Below, one piece after another: positions 54,320 through 64,000 of a stretch of DNA of 64,000 nt. The notes under the pieces are model-generated. The model made no database searches and was not told the origin of the DNA. It saw only the letters and a program-made list of their open reading frames with translations. Each line of letters begins with the position of its first letter. Position 1 is the first letter of the stretch. Source of the stretch: the human T2T-CHM13v2.0 reference genome, Homo sapiens. The position numbers and the translations under genes were made by a program. The DNA lies in NCBI GenBank assembly GCA_009914755.4, contig CP068257.2, forward strand, positions 26,848,001-26,912,000, read 5' to 3'.

Positions 54320-54785
54320 TGGTTGTGGGCTGAATGGTGTCTCCCAAGAAGTCATATGCCGGGATCCTGTCCCATAGTGCCTCACAACGTGACATTGTTT
54401 GGAGTTAGGGTTGTTGAAGATGTCATTAGTCAAGATGAGGTCATACTTGAGTGAGGTGGGTTTCTAATCCAATGTGACTGGTGTCTGTGAAAAGGGGAAA
54501 TGTGGACACAGGTCCACATATAAGGAGAACACCATGTGAAGATGAAGGTAGAAATTACAGTGATGTGTCTACAAGCCAAGGAACACCAAAGATTGACAGA
54601 AAATCACCAGAAGCCTAGAGAGGCATGAAACATTCTCCCTCAGAGCCTTCAGAAGAAAGCAATCCTGCTGGCACCTTCATCTTGGACTTTGAGCCTCTAG
54701 AACTGTGAGGCAATACATTTCTGTTGTTTAAGCCACCCAGTTTGTGGCATTTTGTTACAGCAGCACTGGAATCCTAATGGATGCT
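54320..54785 (+). mobile_element. MLT1-type MaLR solo LTR
   Basis: tggttgtgggctgaatggtgtctcccaagaagtcatatgccgggatcctg...gtgacattgtttggagttagggttgttgaagatgtcattagtcaagatgaggtcatac...ccaatgtgactggtgtc...cttggactttgagcctctagaactgtgaggcaatacatttctgttgtttaagccacccagtttgtggcattttgttacagcagc. Confidence 0.8.
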
Positions 54786-55334
54786 GTATTAGATAAATAT
54801 TTTAGGCTTAGGTAGGTATTTTTTGATCACTTCTATGCAATGGCTTGACTATTGTTCTATTTGTCCCTAAATCTGGTTCTTCAGCCTCCCCAATGATTCT
54901 GTGAGCTAGTGATCATCCTTTAACAGCCTTTTTATGATTAAGTCACCCAGGATAGTCTCTGCTGCTTACATCTTCACAGGAAGAAGAGAACTGTAGACAT
55001 GCAGCAGCCATCTTGTGGATATGAGGGAAGAGCCAAATAGACTACAAATCGGTTAAAACAGAGAACTAAAATTGTGGAGCTACTGAATGAACCAGCTATG
55101 GAATTGTCTGTGTGTGGGCATTCAGATGGACATACCGGATAAAATTCTGGACTGGTAAGAGTGTGGGGAAATTGCCAGTCTTAAGCAGTGCTGATGGAGG
55201 TGTGAATTGGTAAAACAATTTGAAAAGTAAGTTGCTAGTTTTTATAAAATTTTTAAAAATAAATGTATTCTCTGACCCAGTATTATCTTTTCTGGGAATC
55301 TATTTTACACATTAAAAAAGCACTAGATTGTCAT

Positions 55335-55410
55335 ATACTATATATATATATATATATGTCATATATAGTTATACATATAAGCCATATATATTTATACACA
55401 TAATTATATA
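55335..55410. repeat. (TA)n and AT-rich low complexity
   Basis: actatatatatatatatatatgtcatatatagttatacatataagccatatatatttatacacataattatatatc. Confidence 0.8.
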
Positions 55411-56039
55411 TCTATTAAAATACCTGAAGGAATGGTCAATATAAAGAGTATCATCCAATTTTTAAAGAAGACAGGGATAAAAACCCCTCTGTGCTTTTTG
55501 GGGGGATCTATTTGTATGGAGCAGATAAACACATGGAAAGATAAGTATCAAACTGTTGCCATTGGTTACTTCAAGGGAGTGAGTTTATAACAAGAAAGTG
55601 GAAGCAGATAACATTAAAGTTTTCCTTATATGACTCAGTATTATTTGACTCATTTCAATAAGCATGCATTATTTTTTACATAAAACACATCCGGAGTGGA
55701 AAAGCTTTTTCCAAACACTGTCATTATGTCATGCTAATAAGTGAGTTTTGGGAAGCAGCATAGTCCAGTGGTTGTGAACACAAGATTGGAGTAACTTCTG
55801 GATTTAAATACTGGCCTTTTACTAACTGTAGAGTTTGAGCAGAATACTTTCTCTTTAAGTATAGCTGTCCTCATTTACAAATGGAGATGGTGATATCTGT
55901 TAGTCCCCTGCCTTCTACTGCCTGCTGTAGGACAATTTCCCATTCCTTTCAGCAACCCTTCAGTGAAGAGAGGGGCCACAAAGGCAAAGGAATCTTAGCT
56001 AATAGGCACTATAGCAATTTTCTAAATACTTTATTTTTT

Positions 56040-56345
56040 TTAGAGCAATTTTAGGTTCACAGAAAAACTAAGAGTCAGGTGCAGAGATTTCCCATATGCT
56101 TCCTGCCCCACATGCATAGTCTCCTGCATTATCAACATCTCCCACCAGAGTGGTACCTTTGCTACAATTGATAAACCTATATCAACACATCACAATCATC
56201 CAAAGTCCATAGTTAATATTAGGGTTTACTATTGGTGTTGTGCACTCTATGAATCTGGGCAAATGTATAGAGACATGTATCTATTACCATAGTACCACAC
56301 AAAAGCATTTCCACTGCTTTAAAAACTCTGTGTCTGCCTATTAAC
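56040..56345 (-). mobile_element. Second copy of the 44715-45050 repeat (probable L1M-family 3'UTR fragment)
   Basis: ttttttttagagcaattttaggttcacagaaaaactaagagtcaggtgcagagatttcccatatgcttcctgccccacatgcatagtctcctgcattatcaacatctcccaccagagtggtacctttgctacaattgataaacc...ccatagttaatattagggtttactattggtgttgtgcactctatgaatctgggcaaatgtatagagacatgtatctattaccatagtaccacac. Confidence 0.45.
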
Positions 56346-56801
56346 CCTCCCAAACCATCATAGTAACCTATTTCATGAGAGACCTACAGCTTATTACCTT
56401 GCTGTGTGGAATGAAAACTCTCTGACAAAGAATAGGAATTATCTTCTCTTACTTGGCCTTGGAATAAGTACAGAGAAGTTAGCAAATGCAGATGCTTGAA
56501 ATCTGAGCTTGCTGTTACCCTGAAAACAAAGCACACAAGACTGCCATTCTTTGTGCTAGCAATTTTCTTCATTTGCTGTATATCCACAAGGAATGGAGAA
56601 GTGTCTTTCTTTTTGCCTCTGTCTGAAGAAATATACACCATACCTTATTTATTCAAGTATTTGATTTAATTCATAGGTATAACCTCATAAAGAAAGTTTT
56701 TAATCCACCCTACCTAAGCCTAAAATATTTATCCAATACAGCGTCCATTAGGATTCTAGTGCATAGGATTGCATAGAAGTGATCAAAAAATACATGTTTG
56801 A

Positions 56802-57110
<309 letters not shown>

Positions 57111-57245
57111 TTTCAATTTTTAATACATTAATTTAATGAAAAAATAAACAAGACCATTCCAAAATCATGGAAAATAAAAATGCACACTACTACCAATTCT
57201 GCACCAAAAAATTAAACTTGCAGTAACTGCCAACTGCCTCTAGAT

Positions 57246-57628
<383 letters not shown>

Positions 57629-59360
57629 TAATAACCTCGTAGATAGGGGTGCTAAGAGAATCTTTTGTTCTAATGTTTGGTCTCTGAGCCCAGTTTTGGC
57701 ACAGAGCTTCTAAGACCTTTATAATTTCCTGAGTGCTAAGAGTGTCTGACAAAGAACTTCTAAATCCCTTGGAATTTCCTAGGCAACAGAAGCATCTTCT
57801 GTTCTAATGAAGTGACTCTTGGTGTGTACCCGGATAACCTCATGACTGGAGTTGGTTGGCTGCTAGAAGAACAAATCATGTGATTAGAGTGTTGGAACTT
57901 TCAACCTTAGCCCTCAACTTCTGGGGAGGGGAGAAGCGCAAAAGGTAGAGTTGACCACTAATGGCCAGTGATTTAACTAATCATGCCTATGTAATGAAGC
58001 ATCCATAAAAAACTAAAGATCACGGTGCAGAGAGCTTCTAGATTGCTGAATAAGTGGTAGTTCCTGGAGGATGATGCACCCAGAGAGGCATGGAAGCTCT
58101 GTACCTCTTTCCACATGTCTTTGCCTATGCATTTCTTCCATCTGGCGGATCATCTGTTTGCTTTGTAGTATTTTGTATTTAAAAAATGGATAAATGTAAA
58201 TAAAATGTTTCCCTGAGTTATGTGAGCCACTATAGCAAATTAATTGAACCAAGGAGATCATGGAAACCCCAATTTATAGCTGGTTGTTCAGAAGCACAGG
58301 CCAAAGCCTGGAGCATGTGATTGGCATCTGAAGTTGGGGGGAGTCTTGAGGAATGGAGCCCTCGACCTATGAAATCGGACACTAACTCCAAGTAGATAGT
58401 TGGGTGAATTAGAAGACACCCAGCTGGTGTCCACTAGAGAATTGTCTGGTGTTTGGGAAAAACTCACACCCAGTTTGGTGACCAGAGTTGAAGTGTAGTG
58501 TTGAGAATAGAGAGTAAGAAAAAAGTCTGCTTTTCCATCAAAGGTACCACGTCTGTTTCTCATACTACTTGAAGGAGTCTAAATCATACTATATGGGAAA
58601 CCGTAAAATGTAGCATCTAAAAGTTTACAACTTTTGGTAGGAGGCAGTCTGTGCCTCCCACCAAAACTCATAAGGTATGAATTCATCAAACTATACAGAG
58701 AGTTTTGGTGCTAGGTGGCAGAAAAGAATAATCGATGTGTGCAGTGTATCTTCTTTTTGAGTTTAGCCATTCTACTGGGTGAAAACTGATTTCCCATTCT
58801 TTCTCTTATAACATTTTCCTAATACTATGTTTAAGATATGTTTTATTTCATTTTCCTAATTTGTACTTTTATCTTTTTCAATTATTAATATAGTTTTGTG
58901 CTCTTAAATTTTTAATGCAATTTATATTTTGGTAGTATCTAAAGTATCAATCATTTTATTATTCATTCACCTTAAAATGTGGCTATGGTTTGGACATTTG
59001 GATTAAGTGATGACATTGTAATTCAGCCAGAACTGGCAGTAATCATCAGTGTTTGGCATGTTTTGAGAACAAAAGTCCCAGTTCCTGGAAGGGTGGCCCT
59101 TTATGTGAACACAGAGTGCACACTCTGTATGGTGTAATCCAAGACAGTTGAACGGTCTGCCTGCCAAAAATATGCCTTCCACCAGGTTTTTATAAAGACT
59201 AGTATTACCAGCTTGAAGGCCATTTTCTGATTTAGGGCATTAAAACCTAAGGACCATGTTAAAAGACTGAAATTAACATTCACTGACTTGTTCATTCATT
59301 AAACTTTTTTAAGTTTTTTAATTGACAAATAATTATATACATCTATAGGGTACAATGTGA

Positions 59361-59745
<385 letters not shown>

Positions 59746-62700
59746 GATGTATGTGTGTATTATAGAATGATTAAATCAAGCTACTTAACATATCCATAAC
59801 CTCACTTACTTATGTTGTTTACATGTGCTATGAACATTTAAAATCCACTCTCATAGCAATTTTGAAATATACATTACATTATTATTAACTATTGTCACCA
59901 TGCTGTGCAATCGATTTTAAAAACTTATTCCTCCTATTTAACCAAAACTTTGTAAATATTTAATGAGTGCCTCCTATTAGCCAGACCCTGTTTGAGGCAC
60001 TAATGACACAGAGTTGAAAGTCAAGTTTGAACCTCTCTTCTTAGGCATATAACTGTAGGCAAATTGTGTCAACTCTGGCCAGTTTTCACATTTAAAATAG
60101 AGATGATAATGCTGCCCACTTAATGGGTTTGCTCTAAGAATTAAATGATATTGTTTACGGTGCCCAGAAGGAAGGTAGGCCCACTGGCAGTCAGCGCACG
60201 TAATGGACCAAGGGGTCTTTGAAGAAAGAACATATCCAAGTACAGGCGATGAGCTTGTATTTGAGCACAATGGGGCAATGTTGAATGGCAGTATGGGAGG
60301 TGCTATCTGTGATCCTCCCACAGTCTGATGACAGGGCCAACACCAAAAGGTGTGATCTAATCAAGCACCAAGCGCCCACGCAAGGGTGCTGTCCAAACCA
60401 GAGACAGCCTATGGGGACTGCCAGTTAGCTCTGCCAAAAAACATCCTTCCTGTCCAAGTCTCCCCCAAGTCTCTAATAAGAAGAGCCACCTTGAAGCTTT
60501 GGACTCCAAGCATGGCTTTCCGGTACAACTTTAACACAGAAGTTTATATTCAATTACCTACAGATACCAAAATTATCATTACTATCATTATTAATAAACA
60601 TACAGTTAATTACAACAAGGTACGACAAATCTATAATAGACGTAGGCTAGGCTGCTATGGTTGATGAGAGTATAGAGGGAACAGCACTTCCCAAATTGGA
60701 GCAGAGGAAAGAAGGTTTATAGAAGGCACCCAGAGGAGAAAAAACTTGAATCAAGTCTTCAAGAATGAATATGAGTTATTCTGGAGAAGAAAGTATGTGT
60801 GTTTGGCAGGAAGTACAAATGCTTGGAGAAGACAAATTAAATAGCACATCCAAACTATGGGGATGTGAAAGAATGTGGAGTGTTGGTAGACTTATGAAAG
60901 GGTAGCATGGGCCAGGACATAACCTAAATGTGGGAGAATGGAGAGAAAGGATGCTGTTCAAATTATGGATGGCTTTGTGTACGATGTTGAATTGAGACAT
61001 TGTGTTCAATAATATAAGGAGACATAAAATGACTTTCAGGGTGGTGGATGGTGGGAGGTCATGATTATCTGTATTTTAGACTTTCTACTCAGAGAGTAGT
61101 GGGGAAGTTGACTGAAGGAGTTTAAGATTAGTAACCAGGAGAGCCCCATCATATCAATGCAGTAATCTCATGGGGAGTGGCAATGGCTAAAGTAGTAGCA
61201 GTAGCAAGGAAGGAAACAATTAGATACACACTTGAGAGGTAGAATTGGCACTTGAGACAACTGGCTGAAGAACAAGGAGAACTCTTCAAATATTACCAGG
61301 TCCCTGGCCTGGACAACTGAGTTGATGTGGCATTATCAAGCATGGGATGTAGAAGACCAGGGTCAGTTTGTTGATTATGTGTAGACTCTGAGATGTCTGT
61401 GGAACACTATTCCAATGAGACCTGGAGCTCCCTGTATATAGTGATATTTTCAAGTTGTGACAGATGTGTATTTTACCAACTGGATGATCTCCATGTCTCA
61501 TATTATCTTCCCCACATGATTCTTGTGAGTATGGGCCTCAAAAGGCACCTGGTGTGAGATTTAGAAGACAGAAGTGAAGTCGCATTGGATTATTTTTATG
61601 CTCCAGAGGTTGGAGCTGGGTATGAGATACAGTAACTACACAGTCAAGTTCTACCTGCCAACTCACCTTGGTGGCAACATTCAGCCTCATTCCTGTATAA
61701 TCCTCTGTTCCTGCTGTAGCTCCTTCTTCAGCATCTCTTGGGCTGGGTGAATAAAAAAGGGGACTGGCTTCTACAGGACACCCATGTTATCAAGGGTTAC
61801 TTCTTAGTAAGAGACTGACGTGTGTTCCAGTTCATCTTCATAAGCCAACTCATCCAGAAGGTCCCAGTTTTTCCTCCTGGGTTCTAGCTCAGACTGTCAG
61901 GTTCCACTTTGTCCATGGTTTCTTTCTTAAATGCCTGCTGTGAAGACTTCAGGCTGATATAGAAGAAAAGAGCCTCCCATATTACTATTGAATTGCCTCC
62001 CAAAACTGCAAAAGGTCAAGTCTCTATGGATAATCCTTACTGGTTCTTCTACTCTGATTGAAGCCTGACTGACACAACAAATGTGATTTTTATAAACCTC
62101 TTTTTCATTGTATACAGCTTGGTATACATAGTCCAACTATCCAGACACTTTGGTCCCTGGGACCAAAGGTTAGCAGTTTTAGAATTCCATCAGTCTAGCA
62201 CCCTGCTGTTCAGTTAGCATTAAGCCAGTGGCCCATCTCCTCAAGCTCAGAAATCATGTGTACAATAGATTGAAAATCTAAAGCAGGGGTTGGCCTGCAT
62301 TTTCTGTGAAGTGCCTAATAGTAAATATTTTAGGATTTGTAGCCCATAAAGTCTTTATTGCAACTATTCTGCTTGCAATATTGAATAACAAGCAGCCATA
62401 GAAAATATAGAAATTTTAAAATATGGCTGTGTCACAATAAAACTTTACTTACAAAAACAAACAGTACAGATTTGGCCTATAGACCATGATTTGACAATGC
62501 CTAATTTAGACAAAATAGTATAAGTTCTTTATCATAAAAGTACATTTAAAATGTTCACAAATACATTTAACATTGAGAAAAAAAATCATTTCAAGGTCAG
62601 ACAGCCTGAGATCTAATCACAGCTCTGCTACTCTCTGATGCTCCATTTTCTCATTTTAAATAGAGGCAAGAAAGTAAGTGCAGTGTTTTAAAATATATCC

Positions 62701-64000
62701 ACAAGTTTATTGACATGCTGTCTTTTGAAAGGCAACATATAATTCCCTTTCCCCTGAATATGGACAGGACATAATGACTCTAAATGAATAGAAAGTTGCA
62801 GAAGGTGTATTTGCATAATTCCGAAGGCTAAGTTAGAAAAAAAGATGATTCAGCTTCAACTTGACTCCCTCTCAGGATAATCACACATAAAACACAACAG
62901 CCAAGCTGTGAGAAACCCAAGTGGCCAAACAGAAAGGCATGTCGAGATGTTTTGACCAAAGGCCCCACCAGAGGTCCCAGCCAACAGCTAGCATCATCTG
63001 CCAGACATGCAAGTGATTGGGCCACAGATGATTCCAGTCCCCAACTTTTGGGATAATACAATTGATGCCAAATAGAGCAGAAATATTTGTCTACACAAAC
63101 CTCACATAGATTGCAGAAACTTAAGTAAAATAAATTTTGTCATTATCTGAAACCACTAAGTTTTGGGGTCATTTGTTACATAGCAATAGATTGCCAGAAC
63201 AAAAGGATTCCCAGAGACTCCTCACTTATTACAATAAGATAATTTTGTGGGAATCTCCCTAATCTATTGACCTGCTCACTTGGATCTTCGTACCAAAGAC
63301 AATATATGTGTGCACTTGACCATTGAAGAAAGCTTCTCAACCATCAAGGAGAAGTCTGAGAAAACAAGCCAGAATACCATCAAAAGCCACAGAGAGAATT
63401 TAAGAGGCTGAACCTAATGATCCAACCTGGAATTTGACCAAAACTCTAGGCTTGACACTTCCAGCTCTTTTTAAAACGATGTCATGGGACTTTCAACAAC
63501 CAGCCTAGATCAGGACTACAGCTGGCCAAACCATCTTTATGTGAAATGGAACACCACTGCAGAAAAATAGGCCAGTGAATTTTGAACTACAAAGTTTGGG
63601 CTTTAATTTATTTTGAGCAGAATTCTTTTCAACAGAAATGTAAACCAATTTTAAAAGTTGGCTTCTAAGAGACATGAATGGCTACAGGTCAGTTACAATT
63701 GGTTAATTTAAGGTTCATTCTTAAGTTCAACATTATAAGATGGAGTATAGGAAACAGAATGCCTACACTTTTTGATCTAAATATTGGGATAAAAACCTCT
63801 ATGGCTAGAATAATTCTTTCATAAAGACAAAGATGATACTAAGAATAAAAGAGAAAAAAGAGAATAAGCCTAGAAACACGGGATTGTAGTTTGATGATAT
63901 GATGTGTGGATGGTGGGTATGAAAAGAGAAGCCCTCGGTTGTGTAAGTGAGTAGGTGTGAGTGAATATAAATATTGAAATTAAAGAACAGGCCTTACAGA

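Overview
This window is primate nuclear DNA, almost certainly human: I count at least twelve Alu SINEs (AluJ, AluS, AluY and an AluYa5-like copy), L1 LINE fragments in both orientations, and MaLR LTRs of THE1/MST and MLT1 type. The base composition is AT-rich with no CpG island, and the look is that of an intergenic stretch or a large intron. I cannot support any protein-coding gene, rRNA, tRNA or CRISPR array from the sequence. Every ORF in the six-frame track is at most 161 aa, and most lie inside Alu, L1 or LTR sequence, which I read as spurious ORFs typical of vertebrate non-coding DNA. A prokaryotic-style 'novel system' is not present, and I will not invent one. What the window does show is a layered transposon landscape with datable insertions. 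The items I judge worth a second look are: (i) two very young Alu insertions with intact target-site duplications; (ii) a ~234-bp, ~97%-identical inverted repeat that flanks a solo THE1 LTR; (iii) a structurally complete MaLR element, LTR–internal–LTR, carrying a nested Alu; (iv) two same-orientation copies of an LTR-like repeat 7.5 kb apart that may bracket an ancient provirus remnant; and (v) several minisatellites or VNTR-like tandem arrays. Coordinates are hand-counted and may be off by a few bases.
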